From Octopus vulgaris (lineage: Eukaryota), in contig OX597840.1 in the NCBI GenBank assembly GCA_951406725.2, positions 14,570,001 through 14,634,000 of the forward strand: DNA of 64,000 nt. Direction: 5' to 3'. Positions 12,815 through 27,492 of the stretch are shown here, piece after piece. Within the stretch, counting starts at the first letter, position 1, and each line of letters starts with the position of its first letter. Made by a program: the position numbers and the translations under genes. A model generated the notes under the pieces. The model was not told where the DNA came from and searched no databases. It saw only the letters and a program-made list of their open reading frames with translations.

Positions 12815-13017
12815 GTGGTATTGCTGTTGTTGTTGTGGTATTGCTGTTGTTGTTGTGGTATTGCTGTTGTTGTTGTGGTATTGCTGTTGTTGTTGTGGTA
12901 TTGCTGTTGTTGTTGTGGTATTGCTGTTGTTGTTGTGGTATTGCTGTTGTTGTTGTGGTATTGCTGTTGTTGTTGTAGTATTGCTGTTGTTGTTGTGGTA
13001 TTGCTGTTGTTGTTGTA
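12815..13017. repeat. 20-bp minisatellite (gtggtattgctgttgttgtt) x about 10
   Basis: Near-perfect tandem units. Confidence 0.95.
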
Positions 13018-14877
13018 GGTGTTGATTGTGTTGTAGTTGATGTTGACTTTTGTCAGACTTTGATTTATCATTCAGCCTCAAGCAGGTATAGCTGTGTGGC
13101 AAAGTAGTTCCTTTCTGAACTTCTTGGTGTTGAGTTCAATCTGATTGTGTGGCACCTTGGGCCATGCATGTGTCTTCTATTATAAGCCCCAGGATGACCA
13201 ATGCTTTGTGAGTGAATTTGCTTAACAGAAACTGAAGGCAGCAAGCTGGTAGAAACGTTAGCACACCGAGCGAAATGCTTAGCAGTATTTCATCTGTTTT
13301 TACGTTCTGAGTTCAAATTCTGCTGAGGTTGACTTTGCCTTTCATCCTTTTGGATTAAGAACCAGTTATGTACTGGGATCGATGTAATTGACTTAATCCC
13401 TTTGTCTGTCCTTCTTTGCCCCCTCTATGTTTAGCCCCTTGTGGGCAATAAAGAAATAAGAAACTGTAAGAAGCTTGTTAGATATGTTCCAGTGGGAATA
13501 TTGTCCAAACTGTCATCGCCACTAATATGTCCCATGATGACGATGTATTTCGTCATCTCTACAGGACTGGTCCCAACAGCATACCTTCGCTCACCGACTC
13601 TACTGATTATATCAGTCCACTGTTTATTAGTAGTAGACCAACTCACTTCTTGCCAGGGGGCATCTGCCACAGCAGTTACAATCTGCATTGAGGTGCAACC
13701 AGAAATGGTGACACCAGCTTCTGTAGTTCAACCCAAAACCCACTAGCTCTACTAGTTCCTCTGGAATAAAAGAAAGTCTCTCTTACTCGATAAGCAACAG
13801 GAAAGGTTCAACAATAGGGAGAGCATCCACCTGTAAAAGTCCTGCTTCGGATAAAAGAAAATGTTCCAAATACTCAAATAAGTCTTTTGGAAAACAGTGG
13901 CAACAATAACAACAACAGTTCTTACATGATTCCAAATACTCAGATCTGTTGATTGGATGCTGTGGGAAGACAAATCTTCTTTCAGCACTAAATGGAAAGA
14001 TAGTAATTTGGGTCTCTGTCACAGTTCCAAGTATAAAAATGTTGAAGGGAAAGTATTGGACAATCCAACAGTATTTCTTTGGCGCAAGAAAAATTTGATG
14101 GAAAGATGAAGAGAAAAATTACATCTCTCTGCTTATGAGAAGATGGTAGCAAATAAATAAGTACAATAGACCATACAACTTTCCTCTGTAATTATTATTC
14201 CTTCTTCAACACACAATGGAAGTCTGCTACAAGTTGGTACTCTTTGAGGATAAAGTATTTACTAATCTGTTTGTAATACTGGGCCTTAAAATACTTCCTT
14301 CGCTCTTTCCTCCCTAAAGTTTTGGCAGATGTTGCCTTGGAAACTGGTGCTTGTTGTTCTTTTTGCTGTTTTTATTTTTGTTGTCCTCTTCTTCAGGACA
14401 TTCACCTCTCAACCCTGCATCATCAAACCTACCCCCTTTGTCTCCACACTTCTACTGGATGCATTTCTGGTATCGCTCCATGACCTTTGTGGGTCATTAG
14501 GATTTGCAATTCCATTTTGATGTCCCCTGACCATATGTTACTTTTCCTTAAACCCCACTTTGACCATTTTCCCATGCTGCAACACAGAACTCACCACTAA
14601 CCATGGGTCTACATCATGTCTAAAATCTCTTCATAAATAAGTACTGGGGTCAATTCTTTTGACAAAACATTCTCCAAAGCAGTGCTCCAGCATGGCTGCA
14701 ATATCTTTCACCCACACCTTTTGTAATTTGTAAAGTTTTTCGTTTACTTTCCATGCTATCTTTTTCCTTTCTTTGTAACCTCAGGTGAACGTTTCAGATC
14801 TTTTCAAACTCATTTGGTTAATAAAGACGAGATTGTTAATCGTTATAACTGTTATTATTAATATTATTATTGTTGTT

Positions 14878-15725
14878 ATGGTGGTGATCTGGTGAATTTC
14901 TTGACACAATGGACTACTTAGTAGCATTTCATCTGTCTTCACATTCAGAGCCCAAATTCTGCCAAGGGTGGCTTTGCCTTTCGTCCTTTTAGGGTTAAGA
15001 CAATAAAGCTTGCCACCTTAACACACAAGTTTCTTACCACACAGCCACACCTGCACCTCAAGTAGAAAGGATTATTATTATTATTACTATTGTTATGAAA
15101 AAGGTTGTGAGTTGGTTGTCTCATTAGCATTCTGGCAAAATATTTAGTGGTATTTCTTCAGTCTTCACATTCTGAGCCCAAATTCTGCTGAGGTCGTCCT
15201 TTTGATTGCCCCTCCCTCTCGTAAAATTTCCGGCGTTGTGCCTTTAGTAGAAAGGATTAAGTTCTCATCTCACAGCAGCAAGCTGGCGGAACCATTAGCA
15301 TGCTGGGCAAAATACCTAGTGGTATTTCATCCTTCTTTATGTTCTGAGTTCAAATTCTGTGAAGGTTGACTTTGCCTTTCATCCTTTTGAGGGTCAATGA
15401 AATAAGTACCATCTGAGCACTGGGGTCAGTGTAATCGACTTAACCCTACCCCGGAATTGCTGGCCTTGTGCCAAAATTTGAAATCATAATTATTATTATG
15501 AGAAAATCAGTGAGTTGGCAGAATTGGTAGCATGCTTGATAAAATACTTGATAGCTTTTCATCAGGCTTTACATTCTGAGTTCAAATTCCGCCGAGGTTG
15601 ACTTTGCCTTTTATCTTTTTGGAGTTAATACTATAAAGCACTCATTAACCACAGGAATTGCTGTGGTCAACGAACCCCTCTCTCAAAATTTCAGGCCTTG
15701 TGCTTACCACAGAAAGGATTATTAT
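14878..15725 (+). mobile_element. Cluster of four family B SINE copies separated by (ATT)n
   Basis: Repeated ttctgagttcaaattc / gactttgcctttcatcc / ggccttgtgcc blocks. Confidence 0.8.
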
Positions 15726-16070
15726 TATTAATCTTTGTAAACTGTGTCTACATCTTGTTAATCTCCTCAACCAATGCTTGTCTGTTTATTTAGATTTATT
15801 TACTAAGTTTCTACCAAACACAGATTAATTATCATCTCACATCAATAGTTTTGGTTTATTTTATCTTCCCTTTATTTACATTTGGTATGTAGTGTGGGTA
15901 GGTGGGTGGGTATTTCTTCCAATATATTCCCCAGAAATCTTATCAAATACCAACAAATCCAAACACGCCCTCTTCCCCTTGCAAATATTAATGACTCCAA
16001 CAATAACATCAGCGACAATAAAACAAAAATAATGGAACGATAAAAATATCGATGACAACAACAGTCACCA

Positions 16071-16110
<40 letters not shown>

Positions 16111-19100
16111 CAAATAATAAGAAGAATGATATCTCTAATTTAAAAAAAAAAAAAATACAAAATACATTGAACAACAACAGCAACAACAATCTGAATCAAT
16201 AGAAGGCTATATTTGATACCTGCAAGGAGAAATTTATAACAAACACAGAATTTTGCTCAAAACTGAAAAAAAAAAAATTGAATATGAAAATATGAATTTA
16301 TAAAAAGAAATTACAAATTTTAGAAATAAAATAACAAAAGATAAAAGGGAAAGAAAGAAGGAAAGAAAGAATGGAAAGAAAGAAGGGAGGGAGGGAAGGA
16401 AGTAAGAAAAGGAGTAGGGAAGGCAGGAAGGAAGTTGCTAATGTTTGTCTTATGTGTTCTTTCTTTTCTATTCTCAACAATTTATATCCATGGGAATATG
16501 TCAAGTGGTGATTTGTAAAATATATAGAACAGTGATGATGATGATGATGATGATGACGGTGATGATGATGGTGGTGATGATGATGGTGATGGTGATGGTG
16601 ATGATGAGGATGATGGTGATGATGATGATGATGGTGATGACTATGATGGTGATGGTAATGGTGGTGGTGGTGGTGATGATGATGAAAATAGTGATGATGA
16701 TTATGATGATAATGGTGCTCAGTTCTGCTAGTGATGATGGCTATGGGTGACTGATAATGTTAATAATGACATTGATGATGATGATGATAATGATGATGAC
16801 TGCTGAGGGTGTTTCTATCTCCTTTATCCCAATTTCTGTAATTTTTTTATTTTCCTTGTGGGGCAGACGAAATTGAAAGGACTGAAGGCAGACACTTTCC
16901 CCTTTGGCCGAGCCCTGATCGATTTTTTAAAATCCCATTTCAAAAGGAATATGGAAGTTAAGAGGGAGATGCTATCCCCACCACCACCACCAGTAAATTT
17001 GTTGAAAGGTGGAAGAATGTGGCGAGGTTGTCCTTAGTGAATGGGTCTGATTTAAGTTGATGCCTTTAGACCTAGAAGTAGGGAGGAGAGGGGAGCACTT
17101 GTCATGGTATTCCTGATGAGTTGAGAGACTCAAGATCTGTGGGGTTCTTTGATTGCCCCTGGGTGGTGATTCTTTGCGTTTTTAGGGAATTTATTAAAAA
17201 ATTTTGTTAAATTGTTTTTGTTCCAATTTTTAAAGTTGTTTTATGTAAACCCCCACTGTTGTTTGTCTTTGTATTGTCATAAGTATTATTTGCAGCCCTT
17301 GTGGCCAATAAAGAAACAAAAGTTCTATATACTAAACTACTACTACTACTACTACTACATTGCCACTAATAAGAACAAACTACTGCTAGAAATAGAAGAC
17401 AAGTTACCTTGAAATCATACTCCACTAACTAAAAGAAGGAAGGCTACTATGTATAATGTAAATGATGGTATGGCCATGGCTGGAATCATCTTTACTCACA
17501 AATCTGTTGGATCAGGGCTGAGTTGGGGCTAAGCGACAATGACAACAACAATATGAGCCAATCAAAATATGCTAGATATAGTAACTGATTCTACCTCATT
17601 AAAGGAACGATATATAAGACAAGATGAGCCCTGATTTACAAACCTTCCTTCTCCATCACACCACCTTAACTCTCTTTACTCCTACTATCACCACTATTAA
17701 TACCACTATTACCTCTACTACTACCACTATTACCACCACCATCACAACTATACTACTACTGCTACAAACACTACATCATCATCACTACCACCACCACCAT
17801 CAGCATAAACACCACTATTACTATCACTATCTCCAGCTCTACCACCACCATTACCACTACCACTGTTACTAGCACTAATACTACTACTACCACCACCACC
17901 ACTAACACTATTATAACTACCACCATCATCACTAAAAATGCCACCACTATTATTATTATAAATGCCACCATCACCATCATCGCTATAAATGCCACCACCA
18001 TCATCGCTATAAATGCCACTACCTCTACCACCTTCTCCAGTACTCCACCACCACAGCCATTACCTCTACCAATCTACCCCCCCCACTACTGTGACACATG
18101 CTATTAATTCAATCTGTTACATTTTTATTTTTGTGAAACCATTTTTGTTTTGAAAAACAAAAGTTAAAAAGAAAAAAAAGAGAACATTTTTGGTGATATA
18201 AATTTATATTTCTTTACTTGGCTGGTTTTTATTGAAGTTGTTCAATATTTTCATTGATTTCTGTTTTTATTTTCGTTTTTTTTTTTGTTGACTGGAAACA
18301 GTTCCCTAACCCTGCTCCGCTCTCCCTTGACTGTTTCCCCAACCCTCCCTACACCCTTACTCCCATCCCCACCATCTGCCTAATCTATATTCATTATTGA
18401 TTTGTTATGAAAATAGAAAATAAGCATAATCGATCTGGTTCGATTTGATTCGATCTGATTGCATGTGATCAGATTTGTCATGAAGGTCTTGGTTAACATC
18501 GGCACTTCTCTCAGCTAATTTCAGATGATGGTCAGAGGCAGGTGCGAGGGAGTGCAGGTGTGGGGGAACGGTAGCGTGGGGTGCCAGTGTTTATGTCCAG
18601 CCATGTCCTTTGTTTCATTAGTGAAACTAATTGCTTCTCACATCTCTCAGGAGGTCATACCCCTTTGGATTATGGACTTAATCTGCCACAAGGCTTTAAT
18701 CTTCCCACCTGGCTTTAATCGCCATCGTACCTTAGGTCTCTCAAATGGACACCACCCTGGTGCAGATATTCTGACCTGGTCTCCATGTTTGACAATACCT
18801 TCCTCCCCACTTCCCTCCTCCACCATTCTTCTACGGCGTAATAAAGGGTTTAAGAGCACTGCCCTTCCTTCCTGACTAAAAGATTAAAGAAAAAAGTTGT
18901 GGACAGAGAGGTGGGGGTCGTAAAATGGCCCAAATTGTTGCTATGGTTGTAGCTTAACCCCAGATTAGTTCTTGTCCATGATCAAAGATTCTCCAGCTGT
19001 GACCACCCTCTCTCTTTTCCTTTCTTTTCTTTTTTCATTAGGGATTGTCTGACATAGTGTATATACAGCTGGGCTATATTATGCATTGGGTTCTTTTCAG

Positions 19101-20834
19101 ATGGTAGGGTGTGATTTGAGGGAGATTTTGTTGTTATTTCTAGAAAGAAGAATGAACACACAGCTGCCCTATGTTGGTTTGTTCAGGTAGGAGTTTGTGG
19201 TTGGGGTATTACAGAAGCAGGGGTGAAGAGGTGAAATTAGTTTCAGAGAGAGTTAAAGCACAAAACTTCAATGTAGTAATTTAAGAGAAATTTGATTGCT
19301 ATTTTTAGCGGTTTCATGTGACCCCTTCCCCCATAGAGGCTCCTTTGATCTTTGAGAAACCTTTAACCCCATTGACCTTCGAGAATCCCTCTCTACTCTA
19401 GCCACCCTGAGAAAGTCAAGGCAATAATGTTACAACATGATCCTTTGTGTGAAAGTTCCTGAAGGAAGCAGTCGTGGGGGCGGGTGAAGGATAGAGTACA
19501 GTGGAAAAATGGATTCAGTGACAGTTTGGGGAAGATCCTGGGTCGAGGTTGTTTTGGAAATTCATTGGAAACAAGGTTGCATTGAATTTAATTAATAAGA
19601 AACCATGGACCTCCCTTCTCCCTTTCTGTCTCATTCATTTATAAATCCTCACTTCTAGATCTACACTTAGACTCTCTCTCTTTCTCTCTCTCCCCTGCTT
19701 TCTTTCACTCTCTCTATCCCCCTTAACAATGAGGTTGACACAAAAAGTAAAACAAAAAAAAAAGTGAAAGAGTAAAACTAAAACTAAAGCAAAAAAGCAA
19801 AAAAATAAATGAATGAAAACGTTTCATTTACATTATTTCATAAAAACTATCCAACAACTAGTCATATAAAATTGACATACAGTGTCATCTCTACATCACA
19901 CTGATGACGATGACCACCACCACCAGATTTGTCACCACCTCCACCACCATCACAATAGTCACCAACATCACCACTGTCACCAACATCCACCACCTCCACC
20001 ACCACTATCACCACCACCACCCACCACCACCATCACCACCCACCACCACTATCACCACCACCACCACCATCACCACCACCACCGCCACCATCACCAGTAT
20101 ATTATCAATATATCCCTCTACACTCTCACATATCAAATATAGGTTGTATTGATTACTTCTTAGTGTTCCTGTCTCTTAATTGTAATCCCTCCAATATCTC
20201 CTCATATCTTTCGATTTCGATATCTTTTCATATCTTTCGATATCACAACATATCAATAGTGATATAATCAGTGTGATAAACCTTAAACCTGCTCCGTTGG
20301 ATAATTTCTGGTGTTTTTGCGATGTCCAGAATGTGATGGCGTGTTGAGAAAGATAAAGTGTGTGTGGTGATGGCGATGATGGTGACAATGATGTCGTTGA
20401 TGGTGATGGCTGGTTGTCATCACCATTATCATCACAATCATCATTCTCATTGTTTCCTTCATCATAACTAATCACCCAACACCAACATCCTTCTTCCTCT
20501 TCTCTCTCCTCTTCTGCTTTCCCTTCTTCCTCCTCCACTTCTCTCTCCTTCCCTTCTTCCTCCTCCTCTTCTCTCTCTTCTATTCCCCATCCCTCCTCCT
20601 CTTCTATCCCTTCCCTCATCTTCTTCCTCCACTTCTCTCTCCCCTCCTCTTCATAACCACCACCACCACCACCACCATCATTATTATCATCATTGACACA
20701 CCATCATCATCATCATCATCATTATCATTGCAATCTTCATCAACTTGCTTAAAATAGTAGCCAAATGTCCCTCAGATCACAGTTACCATCTTAACTACAA
20801 AAGGACTGATTGAATTATATAGTCCTACACAGCT

Positions 20835-21258
20835 TTAAGCCTTTTACATTTAAGCTGGCCATACCCAGCCCAAATACTTTGTTTCATGTTCAAATTAACC
20901 AGATCTAGCCTCTCACACCTACCTTACAATGCCATTCTATTAATTAACAATCACATAATTGAAATCTTGAAGCCCCAGGATAATACATGATTAATTCAAA
21001 ACAATGTGAATAAATAAGAATTATATTTGACAGAATAATTTGAACACCGAGGGATTAAAACAGCCTGGCTGAAATAATCTACTTGTTTTATGTTCAGACA
21101 AGCCAGATCCAGCCTCTCACACCAACCCTATAATGCCATTCTATTAATTAACAATCACATCATTGAAATCTTGAAGCTCCAAGATAATGCATGATTAATT
21201 CAAGACAATGGGAATAAATAAGCATTGGATTTGACAGGGTAATCTAAATGCTGGGTTA
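20835..21258. mobile_element. Tandem pair of piggyBac-type (TTAA) MITEs
   Basis: Two about 200-bp direct copies (ccagatc.agcctctcacac...tttgacag...ttaa), bounded by TTAA. Confidence 0.6.
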
Positions 21259-21413
21259 AAAAGACAGAATGGTCATAGCTGGAATGTCTGAGATCAGTTA
21301 TATCTAGCCTCCTCTTTGCTACCCATGTGCTTCATATGGTCCACAGATATGCCATGAGTTTTCTGAGGTCAGTTACCAAAGGAGAGGCTATTGCAGTGTT
21401 TATATTGCATTAT

Positions 21414-21718
21414 GTGGAGGCGCAATGGGCCAGTGGTTAAGGCAACGGACTCACGGTTGTAGGATCGCGGTTTCGATTCCCAGACCGGGCGTTGTGAGTG
21501 TTTATTGAGCGAAAACACCTAAAAGCTCCACGAGGCTCCGGCAGGGGGTGGTGATCCCTGCTGTACTCTTTCGCCACTCTTTCTCACGCTCTTTTCTCTG
21601 TTGGCCTGCTTGCTTAGCCAGCAGGGTGGCGTCATTCAAAGGCTAAAACAATGCGAACACATTGTGACCAGCGATGTGTAACTACATCTGACGGACTGGT
21701 CGGTCACGTGATCACGTG
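21414..21718 (+). mobile_element. Young tRNA-derived SINE (family D) with 12-bp TSD
   Basis: A box tgggccagtgg, B box gtttcgattcc, CpGs retained, tail tcacgtgatcacgtg; TSD atattgcattat at 21402-21413 and 21719-21730. Confidence 0.9.
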
Positions 21719-21750
21719 ATATTGCATTATATCAGTGCATGTGTTTTCTT

Positions 21751-21927
21751 GCTGCAACAGATGTCACAGATGCAACAGATGTCACAAATGCTACAGATAC
21801 AGCAGATGTCACAGATGCAATAGATGTCACAGATACCACAGCTGCAACAGATGTCACAAATGCCACAGCTGCAACAGATGCCACAAATATCACAAATGTA
21901 ACAGATGTCACAGGTGCAACAGATGCA
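21751..21927. repeat. 9/18-bp minisatellite (acagatgtc/acagatgca)
   Basis: Tandem 9-mers. Confidence 0.9.
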
Positions 21928-22157
21928 CCCATTTCAGCTTTGAAAATAGTTTTAACTACTATTCTTTTCCTTGTTTGAGTCATTAGACTGCAATGATGCT
22001 GGTGCACTGCCTGGAAGAATTTTTAATTGAACAAGCCTGGTACTTCATCTATTGGTCTCTTTTTGCTACGAACCACTAAGTTACAGGGATGTAAACAAAC
22101 CAGCACCAGCTGTCAAGTGGTGGTGGGGGATAAACACAAAGACACACACACATATAT

Positions 22158-22548
22158 CAGGCACGTGCCACCAGTAATTACTCAGGGTAGGCATCTGGTG
22201 ACCTTTATGTAGTAAAATACACAAAAAAATATGACTCTGTTGAAGGCAGATTTATTTCTGCCTTTATAGCATGTAAAGAAAATGATGCTGTAGAAATATA
22301 CGCAGCACATGTACTGCAGCAGTCCTGTGTGTAGCTTAAATACTGAGATTGAAAGGCAGGGGTGAATTATGCCTACCTAATCTACAAAAAAATTAGGTAT
22401 TTTGTATTTTATGCATAATAATCAGACTAACCTTCATAATTTTATTGAATGTGGAGCATATTTTGCCATAAAAGGAAAATGTTGCTATCAATCTATTTTG
22501 TTCAAGGTAGGCACTGCCAGCCTTGCCTACCCAGGCAGTATGTCCCTG
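22158..22548. mobile_element. hAT-like MITE inserted in a family A SINE (21960-22702, -)
   Basis: cagg...cctg termini with subterminal gggtaggca / tgcctaccc inverted motifs; splits the SINE in its (TA)n linker. Confidence 0.55.
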
Positions 22549-22893
22549 ATATATACGATGGACTTCTTTCAGTTTCTGTCTACCAAATCCACTCACAAGG
22601 CTTTGGTCGGCTTAAAGCTACAGTAGAAGACACTTGCCCAAGGTGTCACACAGGCTGAACCCAGAACTATGTGGTCAGGAAGCAAGCTTCTTATCACACA
22701 GCCTTGGTGTTTTAATATTTAATATTTAGTGTTGTATTCTGGATGCAATAGATCATGAAGGGTTGAAAAGTGCTGCCTTGATTCATAAGTTTACAGGTTT
22801 ACAGGATGAAAGCTGACCTAGGGTTAAATATCAAAGATAGCAACAACAACAAGATAACTCTGTATATAAGTGAATTTGACAAAGGCTTGTTAA

Positions 22894-23113
22894 CCCTTTT
22901 GTTACTGTATTTATTTTGAGATGCTCTGTGTTTCTTTCAGTTACTTTAAATATAACAAAGAATTTAGTAAAATAACTTGGTTGTCATTCAGTTAGTTTTA
23001 GGAACATAAATTGTGACTAAGGTTTGGTGGAAGATTTTAATTCAAAACTTTTGAAAACAACACATTTGTTCTCACAGTCAGAGCCAGTTTCAGTCGGGTT
23101 GGTAACGAAAGGG
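22894..23113. mobile_element. piggyBac-type MITE
   Basis: TTAA-cccttttgttac ... gtaacgaaaggg-TTAA. Confidence 0.8.
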
Positions 23114-24231
23114 TTAAAATTGATGGAAATTGTTTTTAGTCTTTATCACTTATATTTCTTGTTAATCCAACTTTAACCATCCCATCTTTTATACAGATAA
23201 AATGCATCTCAAATCATTTATCCAAAGTCCTATCCAGGCTATTTTGTTTTTATTTAAATAAACAAAAAATCGGAGTGTAATTTGAGGAAGATTTGGCTGT
23301 TGTTTCTTGCACCTTGGGTGACCTTGTAGAAACCCTTCTCATTGGTTCATAGTCAAAGATGTTTATTTCGGTATTGGCTATCCTATATTTTATTCAGACA
23401 TGGTGAATTTTAGATTGTATTATCCAATGTCACATACTGCTTTCTTTATAAAAACACAGTAGGTGCCTGAATTGAGAAAGATTTCACTGCTATTACTAGC
23501 ATGCTAAATAACTATGTACAAAGCCCGATATTGTTGTTTTGTCAATAGACCAGTTTTATTGAGCAGTAAAACCTCGCTAATTACAGAGATTCAATCATTT
23601 ATGACTGATTAAGATCTGTTTTACTACGGTTCAATACACTCTGTTATGGCCTTGTGGTTTGTGCCAACTCTTATATTTCCCCCTCCCCCCCCTGCCCATG
23701 TCTTGTTTACCTGGTTCTCACATCCTCTCCTTCAGCTACTAATGTACCCCCACCACGTCTGAAACACTACCCCCCATTGCTTTTTAAATTTCTTCTAGTA
23801 AACAAACATTACATTATATATATATACATGTGTGTATGTATGTGTGTATATATATGCATCTGTTTGTATGTGTGTGTGTTTGCGTGTGTATATGGGTATG
23901 TATCTCTGTTTGTATCTCTGTTTGTCATATGTCTGCGTATGTGTGTGGTTGTCCACACATATATATGTTTGTACATATATAATTCTATTTTCTTTTATGA
24001 TCAGTCTTCTGTGAAGAGAGCTATAACATTTCCATGTCATAGCATCTTCTGCACAAAATAGTATCAGCTGTTCACAAGTCCTCACTAAGTGGTGAGCACC
24101 ATCTACACTTTACCATATCGGATGGCTGTTGACTCTCCTCAGTTCTTCAGCCTTTGATGAGACTACCCAACTGGGTTACATATTAGCAGTAGCATAAGAC
24201 AGACCTGACATATTTAAATAGATGTATGCGG

Positions 24232-24294
<63 letters not shown>

Positions 24295-24910
24295 AATATT
24301 TATGTGTTTTCATGTTTGGATTAACTATATATATACACACACACATATATATATATATGTGTGTGTGTATGTACATCATCATCATCATCATCATCATTTA
24401 ACGTCCGTTTTCCATGCTAGCATGGGTTGGACGATTTGACTGAGGTCTAGCAAACCAGATGGCTGCACCAGGCTCCAGTCTTGATCTGGCAGATTTCTAC
24501 AGCTGGATGCCTTTCCTAACGCCAACCACTCCGAGAGTGTAGTGGGTGCTTTTGACGTGCCACCTGCACGGGGGCCAGTCAGGTGGTATTGGCAATGACC
24601 TCACTCAAATCTTTTTACAGGTGCCACCGACACAGGTGCCAGTGAAGCGATGTTGGTAACGATCATGCTCGAATGGTGCCCTTTTATGTGCCACGGGTAC
24701 GGAAGCCAGTTGGCTGCTCTGGCAACGATCATAACGATCACACTCGGATGGTGCTCTTGACACCCTACTAGCACAGGCATAAGTGCCAGTAAGGCGATGC
24801 TGGTAACGATCATACTCGAATAGCTGCTCTGTCAACGATCACACTCGTATGGTGCTCTTTGCACCCTGCTAGCACGGATGCCAGTCATCGAAATGATTTT
24901 GATTTTGATC

Positions 24911-24962
<52 letters not shown>

Positions 24963-24965
24963 CAA

Positions 24966-25009
<44 letters not shown>

Positions 25010-27065
25010 ACATATACATATGAGTACCAGTTGAATACTGGGGTCAGTATACTTGACTAGTGACCTCCCAACAAATTTCAGGCCTTGTGCCTATAATAAA
25101 AAGGATTATTGTTGTTGAGTCTGCATTGCTCTGGGTGTATTTCTTTTCCTTCCTTTCTGCCTTCTGTATGTGCATACATTCGCATGCATATGTGCATGGT
25201 TCTGAGTGTGTACAAATGTATGGCTATGTCTACGTAAACATGTTTGAGAGGGTGTCACATCCGACACCTTCTTTGCATGTACCATTTCTATCTCCTATTT
25301 ACTCCATCTTATGGCTTAGCACTCTGTCACCATTCATATTGTGGTTAATTTGCATAACAGGGATTATATTAGCACAAACTTAACACTGTATTTCATATTT
25401 TTTAATGAGAACACTGATGAGGTGAATTGATGAGATTATGCAATTTGGCCGAATGCTAGTGTAATTTTGTCAGTCGATTTACTGAAAGACATATATGTTT
25501 AATAAAGCATGGAACACCAGTTATGTTTGCTGTAGATTTATATTAATACTATATATCTGTGTACATACATATATGTATATCTAGTTGATTTAAGTTAATT
25601 GCATACACATATTCACTTTTACATATGGTAGATTTCAGATAATTATACACACACACACACACACATGCACACACATGCATGCACATACACACACATACAC
25701 ATATGCATGCACACATACACACATGCATGCACATACACACACATGTGCAACACATGCATGCACATACATACACACATACACGTGCACACACATTCATGCA
25801 CACACACAAACACACATGCACATACATATGCACATAGACACACACATGCAAATACACACACATGTGCAACACATGCATACACATACACATGCATGCACAC
25901 ATACACATGCATGCACACACATTCATGCACATGTACACACATTCATGCACATGCATGCACACACAAACACACACATATGCACAAACACACACATGCATGC
26001 ACATACACAGACATGCATGCACATGCACACACATACATGCACACACATACATGCACACACATACATGCACACACATCCACTGTTCATCTCATTTAATTGT
26101 ATACCCGGCTACTGTATAATTTGGATAATTGCAAGACTTTTCAAAACACCATTTAACATCAAATTTATACAAAATTGATTGGTTAATTGTTTATGCAAAT
26201 ATATTAAATTTCAGTTAAGTGCAGATTTCTTTTTCTTTTTTGTTTTGTTCCGATTCCAATTAAAAAAAAATTGTACAGTGGAGCATAAAATTTGACATTT
26301 ATTTGATTTGATATCAAATAAACTGAAGAACCTTCTGTTTTCGGATGAGTTAAAATGACAGTAGGCAGTAATATTTTATGTTTACAAACAACCAATATCA
26401 AAAGAATCAAATGTATTCATGTTATTCTTACCATTTCAAAGCATTAAAGATTATCTAAAACTCAGGTTCCAGTCTGGTTTTGTCTTTTATTACTTTCATT
26501 TGTTCAATGAAATTCCTCAACAAATAAAATTTCATAGCAGCTAGAATTTCTAAAAAGTCAGTTTTCAATTATATGGTGAATGAATACTATTTTCTTGTAT
26601 ATATATTAGTGACAGGAAGTATTAATACCAAAAGGTAATATTTATTCCCACTTTAAAATAGTTGTTCTGTTAGAACAAACTATACTGCTGTGGTTTCCAC
26701 AAGAGAAACTCTCATACTGGCTTTTGATGCAAAATGCATTCTTGTTTGTATTGCTAGCAGGGAGATAAATCCTCGCCACCTCCAGCACCAAGACCACCAG
26801 GTCACATGATTTCAACCTTCTTTGGTCCTGTCAATGATGGACACTCAGTTGCTTGGGACAGCAGCAATTCTTCACCCCACCTGCAATGTATAGATTGACA
26901 GTGCCTGTTCTGGCACTGCCAATCTATATCATTAGCTTTATTCAACTTATATATTATTCTATACACATTTACACAAATTTGAAACAAAATGTACATATAT
27001 ATACACAAATATACATACATATAAATATATATATACTTATATACATACATACATGCATAATTATG

Positions 27066-27114
<49 letters not shown>

Positions 27115-27295
27115 GCTAGAACTCTTCCAGGTGGGAGACTTTGCATTTTGATATTTTGTTGAGACATTGCAAAACTAATAACTTAATGTAAAACTCAATA
27201 TACACATGCTTCAGAATGAAGTGTTAGTCGAGTACAGATTGGTAATAAGGAAATAACATGACAAAGGCATAAACAATCATCTTATGAACTTCAGT

Positions 27296-27376
27296 AGCTT
27301 ACAACTGTTTCTACTATAAGATGCAGTGCACTCATAGTTGAGTGCTTGAGTAATGCCTTATTGCTTCATCAGAGCC
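27296..27376 (-). ncRNA. Type I hammerhead ribozyme, long stem II (left arm of palindrome 27249-27539)
   Basis: Minus strand: ggct CTGATGA agcaataag...gcactca-acta-tgagtgc...cttatagta GAAA c-agtt-GTA agct. Confidence 0.75.
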
Positions 27377-27410
27377 TTGAATATGAAATCCAGTTTAATT
27401 GGGATAAGAA

Positions 27411-27492
27411 TTGCATGATGAAGCTATAAAGTGTTACTTAGGCACTCAACAATGTGTCCACTGCATCTGATAGCAGAAACGGCTGTGAGCCA
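27411..27492 (+). ncRNA. Decayed hammerhead copy (right arm of palindrome)
   Basis: catgatga agctata...tgatagca GAAA cggctGTG agcc; core and cleavage triplet mutated. Confidence 0.55.

Noticed and set aside
12694-13102. Poly-Q/N/T repeat protein ORFs
   Set aside because: 20-bp minisatellite whose unit is not a multiple of 3, so all frames give the same peptide.
17110-17135. CTGATGA-gtt-gaga-gac hammerhead start
   Set aside because: No GAAA or cleavage triplet follows.
21414-21495. tRNA gene
   Set aside because: A and B boxes are present but the sequence continues into a SINE body with TSDs; it is a tRNA-derived head.
24600-24895. CRISPR-like repeat-spacer pattern (aacgatca..ctcga.tggtgc)
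   Set aside because: Internal degenerate tandem repeats of a family C element; spacers are related to each other, no cas genes, eukaryotic context.
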